Shown here piece by piece: positions 52,756 through 64,000 of a stretch of DNA of 64,000 bases. This DNA comes from Octopus vulgaris (taxonomy: Eukaryota). Position 1 is the first letter of the stretch. Every line of letters starts with the position of its first letter. The translations under genes were made by a program, and so were the position numbers. The DNA lies in assembly GCA_951406725.2 (NCBI GenBank), contig OX597816.1, forward strand, positions 161,572,001 to 161,636,000, read 5' to 3'. Under the pieces are notes generated by a model. It was given only the letters and a program-made list of their open reading frames with translations. It searched no databases and was not told the DNA's origin.

Positions 52756-53808
52756 TTCTTTGCAATGATATTTGGCTAGAAATTAGTGAGTTTTAACCTT
52801 AAATTATTGAGCTCTTGCAGATTTAGTTCACCCATAATCCAGCACCCTAAATGTTAAAATTGTTGCAAGTGTTTGTTGATCTCTTGGATAGTTACATAGA
52901 TCTGCATGGGGTGGGGGTGGGGATCTATTGACCATTTTTTCATGATCTCTGAGTTAGATCAACTGATCTGAATGAACATTGTTGGAGTTATTTGTTACTC
53001 ACGTAAAGTAACCATTCTTAAGAATCAACCATTTCAATAACAAATCAGATCCAAATATAACTGTATTCCAATAGACTTATGTATATGTGCTTTTGTGTGT
53101 GTGTGTACATAAATTAGCAGCTGGTAACTGTTTCATACTCTGTTGCATACATGCTATAGTTTTCCTACTCATCAGAACTCCATAAGTACAGCACATCCAT
53201 CCTTAGGCATTATGGAGAACAAAGGAGAATGGAATTTCATTGGACAAACAAAATAATAGGGAAAAATACGAGAGGAGAGGGTGATCAAGTCACTTGCAAT
53301 GAAGTCCTTTTTTCTATAGGGGTTTTGTTGGGAAGGAGAGTCAATCACATTGGCCCCAGTGTTTCACTGGTACTTAATTTATCGACCCCAAAAGGATGAA
53401 AAGCAAAGTCACCCTTGGCAAAACTTGAACTCAGAACATTCAGACATGTTTGTTTTTCTTTTTTCATTTTCTCCCATTTTAAAAATCTTTTTTCCCTTTT
53501 TCTGTCTTGTAAGTTACTTGGTAATCTCGCTTGTGCCAATGGCACCAAAAAGCACCCAATACACTCGCTAAAGTGGTTGGTGTCGGGAAGCGCATCCAGC
53601 TGAAGAAACCATGCTGAAGCTGATACTGGAGCTCAGCACAGCCCTGCATCTCACTGGATCTTGTCAAGGCATCCAACTCATGCCAGCATGGAAAATGGAC
53701 ATCAAAGGATAATGAGGATAATGAAGATTATAATGAAACATTATTTTCTATTTTCTTAATTAGAGAGAAAAACTGTGTCCAGCAATTGTCCTTAATCTAT
53801 TATAACTT

Positions 53809-54172
53809 CATCATCATCATCGTTTAACGTCCGCTTTCCATGGGTTGGACAATTTGACTGAGGTCTGGCGAACCAGATGGCTGCATTAGACTCCAATCTG
53901 ATCTGGCTGAGTTTCTACTGCTGGATACCCTTCCTAACGCCAACCACTCTGAGAGTGTAGTGGGTGCTTTTATGTGCCACTGGCATGAGGGCCAGTCAGG
54001 CAGTACTGGCAACGGCCACGCTCAAATGGTGCTTTTTATGTGCCACCTGCACAAGAGCCAGTGCAGCGGCACTGGCAACGACCTTGCTCAAATGTTTTTT
54101 TACACGTGCCACCAGCACAAATGCTAGTAACACAGGTAACGATCATGCTCAAATGGTGTGTTTAATGTGCCA
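53809..54172 (-). mobile_element. Family C retroposon with tandem head units
   Basis: Reverse complement of the 19958-20227 type; faces a + copy at 53490-53720. Confidence 0.85.
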
Positions 54173-54199
54173 TCAGTTGCTGTGGAACATTATTACTCA

Positions 54200-54412
54200 A
54201 TGAGCTGGAAGACATTAGTATGCTGGGCAAAATGCTTGGTGGTATGTCATCCATCTTTAGGTTCTGAGTTCAAATTCTGCTGAAGTTGACTTTACCTTTC
54301 ATCCTTTCTGGGTCAATAAAAAGTAAGTACCAGTTGAGCACTGGAGTCAACATAATCAATTGGCCCCATCCCCCAAAATTTCAGGCCTCGTGCATATGGT
54401 AGAAGGGATTAT
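54200..54412 (+). mobile_element. Family A SINE
   Basis: Head, B box, core and CCCAAAATTTCAGGCC tail. Confidence 0.8.
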
Positions 54413-54877
54413 TACTTGATGATGTTAAAAAAAAAAAGGGGGCTTAGAAAAAGAAAGAAAAGAAGCAAAACGAAAAGCATAGTTCCAAAGGGTTCCTTAC
54501 GTCATCATTTTTTCTTTTTCTTTTTTTTTTGTTTTGTTATTTCCTTCAAAGTAAGAATCTGTTGATTTGGATTTAATTGGACATATGATCACTTTCCCCA
54601 CCTATTTTCTCCATCGCTTGCTCCCACTCTTCTTTCCTCCCCCTGCAACTCCCATCCCACCTTATTTCTCTCTCTCTCTCTCTCTCTTCTAATCTCTGTT
54701 CAATTTTCCCTGCCACTTCAGCTGGGTTGAATCAACATGGAATTTTTTTTTATCAGTTCTTCACTGTTTTTGTTGGCTTCACTGAAAATTTGTTGCCATT
54801 GAACAACAGCTGCAGATTTTGCTTTTCATTATATCCGACCCCTCTCTCTATTACAGACTTTCTTCCTTACCCTCTGT

Positions 54878-54880
54878 GTG

Positions 54881-54918
<38 letters not shown>

Positions 54919-54941
54919 CACATATATATATACATATATAT

Positions 54942-54992
<51 letters not shown>

Positions 54993-55102
54993 TATATATA
55001 CACACACATATACATACATATATACATACATATATATACACACACATATATATACATATATGTATATACATACATACATACATACATACATACATACATA
55101 CA
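54878..55102. repeat. (TA)/(CA)/(TACA) microsatellite
   Basis: Directly visible. Confidence 0.95.
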
Positions 55103-55623
55103 TGTCTATATGCACAGTGAAGAGGAACACTCCATATCTCATTTTTCAATTGCTTCATCAGACAGAGAGCTGTGTTTACAGCTAATTTCTTACCTTTTCT
55201 TTTCCAAGATGTCTGATTTTCTTGCCCCTTGATCATTTATTTATTTATTTTTTTACTTTGTCAGCACAGATGTTTGTGGAGAGGGTGAGAGTTGTTTCTA
55301 AATGTTGCAGTTCCAAAAACCTGTATAGGTAGCCTTTGGTTCTTCTTATATATTTATGTACCTTTAGCATCTGTTTATCTAACATTCCTGTTGTTCATGG
55401 AATCTTTTTGGTGACTTGATAATAAATTTGGAATTTTCAAGTTTGAAAGAACTTTAAGATGCAAGAGATTCTCAGACTGATAGGCACTTGATACCCCACC
55501 CCTTATCCATTAAAAACATTAATGAGTGAAAGCTTTTGTCCCCCACCAACCTTCTTTATTAATGAGAAAACGAAACAACATTTGTATATGTACAATTATT
55601 CATTCTTTGTTGTAGTATCAGAT

Positions 55624-56350
55624 CAATGGTTCCCAACCATTTTTTACCTATGGACCTCTTTGATTTCTATTTCCTTGGTGGACCTTCACAGTCAATCAAT
55701 GTTTAAAACAATCTTGTTGTATTTGTATAATTCAAAATTATCAGGAATTGTAAGGTGGTGAGCTGGCATAGACATTAGCATGCCAGACGAAATGCTTAGC
55801 AGTATTTTGTCAGTCTTTGTGTTCTGAGTTCAAATTCTGCCAGAGTTGACTTTGCCTTTCATCGTTGCGGAGTCAATAAATTAAGTACCAGTTGCATACT
55901 GGAATCGATCTAATTGACTGGCCTCCTCCCCCCAAATTTTGGGCCTTTTGCCTAGAGAAGAAAAGAATATTGTTTTTCCTTAAGGCGACGAGCTGGCAGA
56001 AACACTAGCATGCTGGGTGAAATGCTTAGCAGTATTTCATCTGTCTTAATGTTCTGTGGCATTTCATCTGTCTTTACATTCTGAGTTCAAATTCTGCTGA
56101 GGTCTACTTTGCCTTTCATCCTTTCAAGGTTGATAAAATAAGTACCTGGTGAACACTAGGGTTGATGTAATTAATTTAATCCTTCCTCTAAATGTGCAGG
56201 CCTTCTGCCAAAATTTGAAACCAATATTATAAATATTTTGAATATTTTGTGTATTGTAGAAATATTACCAGTTTATTGCACATAAAATTTTAACAAAAAA
56301 ATCTCATATGGACCCCCAAGGGTCATGTGGACCCTGGTTGAGAACCACTA
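55624..56350. mobile_element. hAT (Charlie-like) MITE with two nested family A SINEs (55752-55968, 55981-56225)
   Basis: TIRs CAATGGTTCCCAACC ... GGTTGAGAACCACTA; TSD TATCAGAT / TATTAGAT. Confidence 0.78.
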
Positions 56351-56388
56351 TATTAGATAGATTTAATAAAATTTAAAAACCATCTCAA

Positions 56389-56614
56389 CTCTTTTGCTAT
56401 CAACTCTTTTTAGATCACTCTTGGTTCTTTGAAATAAATTTGCTTTTTTTATGTAATCGAAATTAAAACCTTCCATTAACGTTTTATGTTAATCTATATT
56501 CCAAACACCAGTTTTGGTAGTGACAGAGTTATTTTATTCGGTTCTTTTTTTTTTAAAAAACAAACAATTGAAACAAAGGCAGTGTTTTTTGATAAAAATA
56601 TGGTAACAAAAAGG
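56389..56614. mobile_element. piggyBac-like MITE, reverse orientation, diverged
   Basis: Ends ATATGGTAACAAAAAGG-ATAA; body is the reverse complement of the 45056 family. Confidence 0.6.
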
Positions 56615-57735
56615 ATAACCATGGCAATTTGCCTACCTACTTTTCAAACTTCATTCCACGCCCACCTTGTCCAAGAGAAACATTGCAAGAAGAGATTATT
56701 TTTGCCTTTGAACTAAGACTATCCATTATATGATAATACTAGTTCAGCATTATTGATAAAACATTATTTGAAGCATAAGATTTATCAACAAATGATTTAT
56801 AATGAAAGAAGGAGAGATGTCATCTATTTCTTACTTTGTTGTTTAAATTTCACTACCATTAACTTTGTATTTTAACATAGCTGTTCTGGTTTAGCCCTAG
56901 GTCAGTTTCAATAAAGCAAGCTTATGATCAAGAGCATTCCATTTGTAATCATGTTATTTTTCAGTCTCAGTGTACCCAAGACCAACTACATTGGTGAATG
57001 TGTTTTTGTAAGATGGTTTTTACTTAAGAGAGATTTAACTGTTATTTCTATTCCCAACAGGTTAAGCAACCATGTCAAAGCTCTTTCAGTAGCTTAGTTT
57101 ATATGTCAAGTATTTAATTATTTTTTCATTATCTTTTCACTTTCCAGATTCTTTTAAAAGTTTGAATCAAACCTAAGTGTTTTCTATTGTTCTCTTGGTA
57201 CATAAGGAGTCAAAAAGCATTTGCAGGTCTCTTTCTTAATGATAATTACTCATAAAACAGAACCCACTTGTAACTACTTAAATGATTTATAACCACTTAA
57301 ATCGCTATGAAGCACAATTCTAAGCTGATGGTTTTGCTTGAATTTTTACTATAGATCAATTAAAAACTCAATTGTTAGCAATTTTGCACACCAGCTACAA
57401 ACTGTGTTTTTTATTGCAATTATTTTCCTCACACTTCTCAGATTTTACAAAACAATATTGTAATCATTAGTTACTTTCTTAACGAAAATTTCTCCACTTT
57501 GGTGTTAATCATTTAGACATAGTGTAATTTTAACCTGACACTTAATTTATCCATTGTTATTTTTTCTTGTTCCTTCAAACAGACATGGTACTCCTCTAGT
57601 AGGCTTCATCTTAATGTTAACCTCTTCATTCTTGATATGTGCTTAATTTATGAACTTTTTAATGCTACATTTTGTTTGTATCATTTATTTTTTTACTAAT
57701 TCTTTTATTCATTTTTTTTTTCAGAATGGCTAAAA

Positions 57736-58169
57736 ATGGCTAAAGCTGGCCAATACACCTTAAAGGAGAAGATACAAGAAGAATTTTTGGAATGTAAAAT
57801 TTGTTTTGAACCTTATGTGAAACCCAAAGCCCTTCCTTGCTTGCATTCATTTTGTGCAGAATGCCTAAAGGATTATGTTCGAAAAAATCCTGACAAAAAC
57901 GCTATGCGTTTTTGCTGTCCAATTTGCCGGAAGGAGATACCAATGCCACCTAGAGGCATTGATGACTTCCAAGACAATTTCTGGCTTCTTAGCCTCTCTA
58001 ATTCTTTGGAAGAAGGCGAAGATGAATGCCGCACTTCTTGCAATGGGAAAAATGCACGTAGTAATGTGTGGACAACTCAAAAATGGAACCACCAAGCAAA
58101 AAATGTAACTACAGCATCAAACCCATTGTATCCACCCTCATTCCAAGAACTAAAACTCCGTGGATTTGA
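57736..58169 (+). CDS. First coding exon of a RING-HC E3 ubiquitin ligase (TRIM2/TRIM3/TRIM56-like or RING-NHL type); CDS continues beyond the phase-2 donor
   Basis: C3HC4 RING: FLECKICFEPYVKPKALPCLHSFCAECL...CPICR followed by TRIM-like GIDDFQDNFWL; acceptor T10CAG ends 57724; donor GA|GTAAGT after 58169, so the ORF stop at 58173 is intronic. Confidence 0.92.
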
Positions 58170-58281
58170 GTAAGTTGTTCATAATTTTTTTTTATTTGAT
58201 GTTAAGAAACCATTGTTGTGGTGGTCGTCACATTTGCTTTACTTCCTTATAGCTTTGATAAAACTGAATAGCACAAGAGTA

Positions 58282-58521
58282 CAGTTCTATATTTAAGAGA
58301 TGAAGAATTATGTACATTATTTACATTCAACAGATATTTGTCCTCATCTTGTTTGTTGTTAACACAACGATTCGGCTGATATACACTCTAGCCTTCTTCA
58401 GGTGTCTTGGGGAAATTTTGAACCTCAAGACACCTGAAGAAGGCTTGGAGGGTATATCAGCTGAAATATTATGTTAACAACAAACAAGATGAGGACAAAT
58501 ATTCGTCAAATGTAAATAATG
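58282..58521. mobile_element. Foldback Penelope-like pseudo-LTR pair with 13-bp TSD and decayed hammerheads
   Basis: ~97-bp inverted arms 58313-58409 / 58426-58523; TSD TAGCACAAGAGTA at 58269 and 58522; each arm carries GACAC-CTGAAGA-AGGCT..AGCY-GAA(A/T)..TT-RTGTT. Confidence 0.8.
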
Positions 58522-59441
58522 TAGCACAAGAGTATTGTACAAAAGTGAGGAAAGTAAACAGTATTAGTTATATATTGGTTCAATCCAGTTCAGTTGTTTT
58601 GTTTTCCTTGCTGAGTCTGGAGGGAGGGGCAATGCGTATGATTTTCTATGTTGTCCACGACTGATAAGCTTGATATCATTAATATTCCATTGAAACTGTT
58701 GTGAGTCAACTCTGTCAGAGAAGACATGAGCTAGAAGAAGATTGCAGGAGGCCAATGTCCTGGAGGAGGAAGGACTGGGTATATAGGGTGGTGGTGGATG
58801 CAACTAGAGTGATAGAAATGGGGAAGACTAGTAAGTCAGGGATGCTTGAGTGGAGGAGGTCTAGTCCAGCCACTTTGTGGAACAGAGGCCATAGTATACA
58901 AATATACTTCTCTTCTCCTTCTCCTTTAGAAATCTATGACCTTGTGCTAGTGTATGAAACCATTATTTGGGGATGGTCAAGCAGCCTCTGAGACAGTGAG
59001 GTTGCTTACTGCTCAATTGAATATCCTTAAAAAAAGTCATGAAGACCCACAATTCCACAGCTAACTCATTTCTAATATCCCTTGCACTTCCTTATTAAGA
59101 CATTATTATTATTACTGCTATTCTTTTTAATTGCTTATTGCTGTAATTGTTGTTGTTGTTAATCTTGTTAATCAATTTCCACCATTGATTAGTTTTCAGT
59201 TTTCAAAAACAACATTGCTTACAAAAATATAGTAAAAATATAATTTGATCAGATATTCTTATCCTGTGATCTTTGAACTATTATTATTGAATTTCAAGAG
59301 ATCAGTCATTTATACGATAACCCGAGTTTATTTAACCCTTCATAACCATATTTCTAATTGAAACATGCTTTCTATTTGTTTTTAATCCAAGAATTCAGAT
59401 GGGTTTAGTAAAATATCATCATTATAGTTTTAATATCTACA

Positions 59442-59790
59442 TAGGCACAGGAGTGGCTGTGTGGTAAGTAACTTTCTTACCAACCACATGGTTCTGGGTT
59501 CAGTTCCACTGTGAGTGGATTTGGTAGATGGAAACTGAAAGAATCCTGCAGTATGTATATATATATATATATGTATATGTGTGTGAGTATTTGTGTGTCT
59601 GTGTTTGTCTCCCTACCATCGCTTGACAACCGATGATGGTGTGTTTATGTCCATGTCACTTAACAGTTTGGCAAAAAGAGACCAATAGAATAAGTACTAG
59701 GCTTACAAAGAATAACACCTGGGCTTGATTTGTTCATCTAAAGGCAGTGCTCCAGCATGGCTGCTGTCAAATGACTGAAACAAATAAAAG
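59442..59790 (+). mobile_element. Family B SINE with internal deletion
   Basis: Collinear with 28978-29384 but lacking the CORE-like segment. Confidence 0.85.
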
Positions 59791-60029
59791 AATATTCATA
59801 CCTGTATGGATCAGGAAAGAGCTTGTTGTGTTGAGGAAGAGCTTTTATGGCTGGATGCCCTTCTTGATGCCAACTCTCATCTCCAACTCTGCAGACATGG
59901 CTAAGAACAATACTGTATGAACAAGTCTTTAATTCACAAAGATTGCTCAACATGTCAAGATATGTCAACAAGCCTGAACATGCTTTTGCAATATCAGTCA
60001 TCATCATCATCATCATCATCATCATTATC

Positions 60030-60280
60030 ATTTAATGTTCATCTTCCATGCTAGAATGGGTTGGACAGTTTGGCAGAAGCTGGCAAGCCAGAGAACTGCA
60101 CCAGACTCCAGTTTGTTTTGGCATGATTTCTGTGGTTGAACGTCTTTCCTAACACCAACCACTTTACAGAGTGTCCTTGGTGCCTTTTGTGAGGTATCAG
60201 CACCAGTGAGGTGTATTTGGTATAGTTTTTATAGCTGGATGCACTTCCTAAGGCTAACCACTTTTCAGAGTGTACTGGAT
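60030..60280 (-). mobile_element. Family C retroposon
   Basis: (CAT)n followed by the reverse body CTTCCATGCTAG..GGGTTGGACAG. Confidence 0.7.
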
Positions 60281-60974
60281 GCTGTGGTGTGGGATCCTGG
60301 ATTTTTTTTTTTTGGGATGTTGCCCAAAAGTTTTGAGAAAAATCGCATTTGTATGTATTCTAACTTGTGGCAAACCATATACATATGAAACAGAATTGCT
60401 GTGAAACTGCTGGAAATAAAATAACAACGTTATTATATTTGCAACAGTGCAGGGAGTATTGATTTACCTATGGAATGTAGTAGCAAACTACACTTGTGTA
60501 TCATCATTGGGATTGTTTAACACCCGTCTTCCATGCTAGCATGGGTGGAATGGTACCACAAGAGCTGGCCAGGCCAAAGCCTGCACCAAACTCCTGTGAC
60601 TGTTTTGGCAGGATTTTTACTGCTGGATGCCTTTCCTAACATCAACCCTGCAGCAGAGTGGACTTAGTGCTTTATCATAACTTAATAACATGGAAAACAA
60701 CAAAACCATTATTAAAGTTCAAGCTCGTATTTTCAAAATTTGGTCCCGATTTTTTTGGCATCGGCTTGGCTAGAAAGAGTGTTGTCTGGGCAACTAGGGC
60801 AACACCCCCCTGCATCCGCCACTGTAAGTGAATGACACCATCTGTATGAACAGTGAGACCTTTGTTAACAATCACTGAATACATGTGATGACGAAGGGAA
60901 ATCTGAACACATTTGCAAAAACACACAAACACACATACATATACACTTACATATGGAGATAAGTATACATCAGA

Positions 60975-61132
60975 CTTCTTCTAGTTTCCATATCCTGAAT
61001 ACACTCCTAAAAATTTTATTAACCTGAGGGTACCATAGAAGTCTTTTACCCAGGGTGCCACACAGTGGGACTGAACTTAAAACTGTGTGGTTGGGAAGTG
61101 AAATTCTTTACCACACAGCCATGTCTGGGCCT
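60975..61132 (-). mobile_element. Family B SINE 5' half
   Basis: GGTGCCACACAGTGGGACTGAAC..ACCACACAGCCATG. Confidence 0.7.
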
Positions 61133-62477
61133 ACAAAGATTTAGTAAAATAATTTTGTCCCAATTAAGCTGGTGTTTGAGGTACATAGCTTAGCAAAATC
61201 TTCTTTAAATTGATGGGAGTTTTTTCTTAATTTAAATTTGAACATATTAATAAAAGAAGTGTTGTATACAGAAATTAGAATCAGAAGCAGTTCATAGTGA
61301 GTTAGCATCAAAAGGGTCAATCTTTAAAAAATTGTTTCTTTGATTTATTTTTTTTTTCTATAAAAATATGTTAATTGGCTTAAAAAATAGTCTGTTATTT
61401 TTTTCCTTGAAAAATGCGGCTGTTATGTAGAGTATGGTACATTAAAAAAACAAAATATGGCTGTTTGCTTGGTGTATGATGCAAATTTCAGATATAACAT
61501 TCAATGGATTTCTTTGATAAAGGGCAATAAAACTACTTTGGTTATGGAGATAGAGGAAAATGCCTGACTATCAGATAGAGACAAATTTATATCAATTCTG
61601 ATCATTTTGTGCTTAGAAGGCATTCATTGCACTTAGAAGCATTACTCCACTCCTATACATACACACGCATGCACATACGCACACACATACACACTATTAT
61701 ATATCTAATTCTCTTTCACTGAGTCTGTCATAAAACAGTATTTTAGCTTTTTTGATGTTGTAGTTTGTTTTTCTCTTTTCAAATAAAGATTCAATGTGTG
61801 CTTAAGAAGCTTGCATTCCCGAACCATTTGGTTCTGAGTTCCATCCTTCATGTGGCACCTTGGGCAAGTGTCTTCTACTATAGCCTCTGGCTGACCAAAG
61901 TCTTGCGAGTGGATTTGGTAGGCAAAAATGGAAAGATGCCTCCTCATGTGTGTGTGTGTGTGTGTGTGTGTGTGAGTGTGAGTGTGTGAATGTGTGAGTG
62001 TGTATGTGTGTGTGAATGTGTGTGTGCACGTGTATGCATGTGAGTTGTCTTCAGTAATCATGATATCACATGATTATTGTATACAAGTGTCACTTTATCT
62101 GTGTCATAAACCCCCTCCACTTAAAAGACTATTCCAGTGGGAGGTGCCACACAAAAAGCCTCCAGTGCACTCTATAAAGTGGTTGGTGGGGTATTGGGGA
62201 GGGCATCCAGCTTTAGAAACCATGCCAGAACTGACAATGGAACCTGGTGCTGCTCCTGGCCATACCAGCTCCTGTCAAACCACACAGCTCCTGTCAGCTT
62301 GGAAAACAGATAGTAAGTGATGACGATGACGACGCAATCCCTATTGCTCATCCCCACTTTTTTTCCCCCTTCTCTTCTTCCCAAAAAGAAAAGCTCTACT
62401 TTGTATTTTGTCCCTTCTGTGTTTAGCCCTGCATGGCCAATAAAGAAATCTATTATCATTATTATTATTATTGTGAA

Positions 62478-62793
62478 GGTGCATGGCTCAGTGGTTAGAG
62501 CATAGAGCTTATGATCATGAGGTTGTGAGTTCGATTCCCAGACCGGGCTGTGTGTTGTGTTCTTGAATGAGACACTTTATTTCATGTTGCTCCAGTTAGC
62601 TGTAGAAATGAGGTGTGACATCACTGGTGCCAAGCTGTATTGGCCTTTGCCTTTCCCTTGGATAACACTGGTGGCATGGAGAAGGGTGGCTGGTATGCAT
62701 GGGTGACTGCCAGCCTTCCACAAACAATCTTGTGCCTCGGAGGGTAACTTTTTAGGTGCAATCCCATGGTCATTCATAACCAAAGGGGGTCTC
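62478..62793 (+). mobile_element. tRNA-derived SINE (family D-related head, different 3' body)
   Basis: A box TGGCTCAGTGG, B box GAGTTCGATTC; 3' end matches the fragment at 836-930. Confidence 0.8.
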
Positions 62794-62800
62794 CTCCTCC

Positions 62801-62837
<37 letters not shown>

Positions 62838-62857
62838 TAGGGCAATCATTATGCAGT

Positions 62858-63066
62858 GCGCTGGCAGAATCATTAACATACTGGGCTTCACAGCGATTCT
62901 TCTGTCTTTACATTCTGAGTTCAAATTCTGCCAAGGTCAGCTTTGCCTTTCATCACTTCAAGGTTGATAAAATAAGTACCATTTGGGCTCTGCAGTCAGT
63001 GGTATGGCCCAGGGCTGCACCCTTCTTCCAAATTTCAGGTTTTGTGCCTATAATAGAAAGGATTAT
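62858..63066 (+). mobile_element. Family A SINE
   Basis: GCTGGCAGAATC head, core, TGTGCCTATAATAGAAAG tail. Confidence 0.75.
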
Positions 63067-63103
63067 TTAGTACAATTATTGAATCAAAGTTGTTTCTTAT
63101 TAA

Positions 63104-63828
63104 CACTTTTGTTTCCGTATTTACTTTGAAATGCTCTGTGTTTCTTTCAATTAATTTTAAATATAACAAAGAATTTAGTAAAATAACTTAGTTATCATTA
63201 AGCTAGTGTTAGGAACATAAATTGTGACTAAGGGTTGGTAGAAAATTTTAATTCAAAACTTATGAAACAAGACATTTGTACTGCAGTGCCAGAAGTGGTT
63301 TCAGCTGGGTTGGTATCAAAAGGGTTAAGAATTGTTTCTCTATTATATATTTTAACCCCTTTGTTACCATATTTCTATTGAGATGCTCTATGTTTCTTTC
63401 AATTAATTTTAAATATAAGAAAGAATTTAGTAAAATAACTTAGTTATCATCAAGCTAGTATTAGGAACATAAATCGTGACTAAGGTTTGGTGGAAGATTT
63501 TAATCCAGAACTTTTGAAAACAAGCCATTTGTACTACAGAGCCAGAGACGATTTCAGCCAGGTTGGTACCAGAAGGGTTAAATTAATCCTTTGTTAAATT
63601 AATCATTTGTTGACCCTTTTGTTACCATATTTCTGTTGAGATGCTCTCTGTTTTTTTTTTCCAGTTAATTTTAAATATAACAGAATTTAGTAAAATAACT
63701 TAGTTATCATCAAGCTAGTGTTAGGAACATAAATTGTGACTAAGGTACGGTGGAAGATTTTTTTTATGAAACAAGACATTTGTACTACAGAGCCAGAGGT
63801 GGTTTCAGCCAGGCTGGTATCAAAAGGG
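63104..63828. mobile_element. Three same-orientation piggyBac-like MITEs (63104-63324, 63356-63577, 63614-63828)
   Basis: Each ~220 bp with C(C/A)C..TTGTT.CC / GGTA..A.AAGGG ends; the first two flanked by TTAA, the third by TTGA on both sides. Confidence 0.88.
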
Positions 63829-64000
63829 TTGAAGGAGGGTAGGGATACAGAGGAGAGATAATTTCAAACCAAATTATGTTTTGGGCTCAAGGCCAGCAAG
63901 TTCAGGTGAGAGGTAAGTCGATTCTGTCAACCTCAGTGCTTGAGTGGTACTCAACATTTTGCCTGATGTGTTAACAATTTGCCAGCTCACTGCTGTGTAG

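Noticed and set aside
57120-57600. Extra acceptor-like sites (CAG ending 57148 and 57582) as upstream coding exons
   Set aside because: No open frame or convincing donor; could be UTR acceptors but unsupported without transcripts.
58170-58173. Stop codon ending a single-exon 145-aa RING protein
   Set aside because: The TAA lies within a consensus donor GTAAGT followed by T-rich intron-like sequence; more likely spliced.

Overview
AT-rich, microsatellite- and SINE-dense eukaryotic genomic DNA; the repeat complement suggests an octopus (inference, no search run). The only credible protein-coding sequence is one + strand exon (acceptor ends 57724, ATG 57736, donor after 58169) encoding the N-terminal C3HC4 RING finger of a TRIM2/3/56- or RING-NHL-like E3 ligase. 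Nearly all other ORFs are translations of simple repeats or SINEs. The remainder is probably intronic or intergenic: several SINE families, piggyBac- and hAT-type MITEs, a DD37D Tc1/mariner relic, R4/Dong-type LINE 3' ends, a putative Helitron, a possible decayed Ran pseudogene and SINE-derived minisatellites. The most notable signal is a set of type I hammerhead ribozyme motifs in Penelope/retrozyme-like elements of several unrelated families. The best is a foldback element at 36772-37393 with an intact-core hammerhead on each strand and a 341-nt terminally redundant unit compatible with a circular-RNA retrozyme. A recursive-splice-site-like motif lies at 27798/27799. Repeat boundaries were read by eye and are approximate unless termini are quoted.
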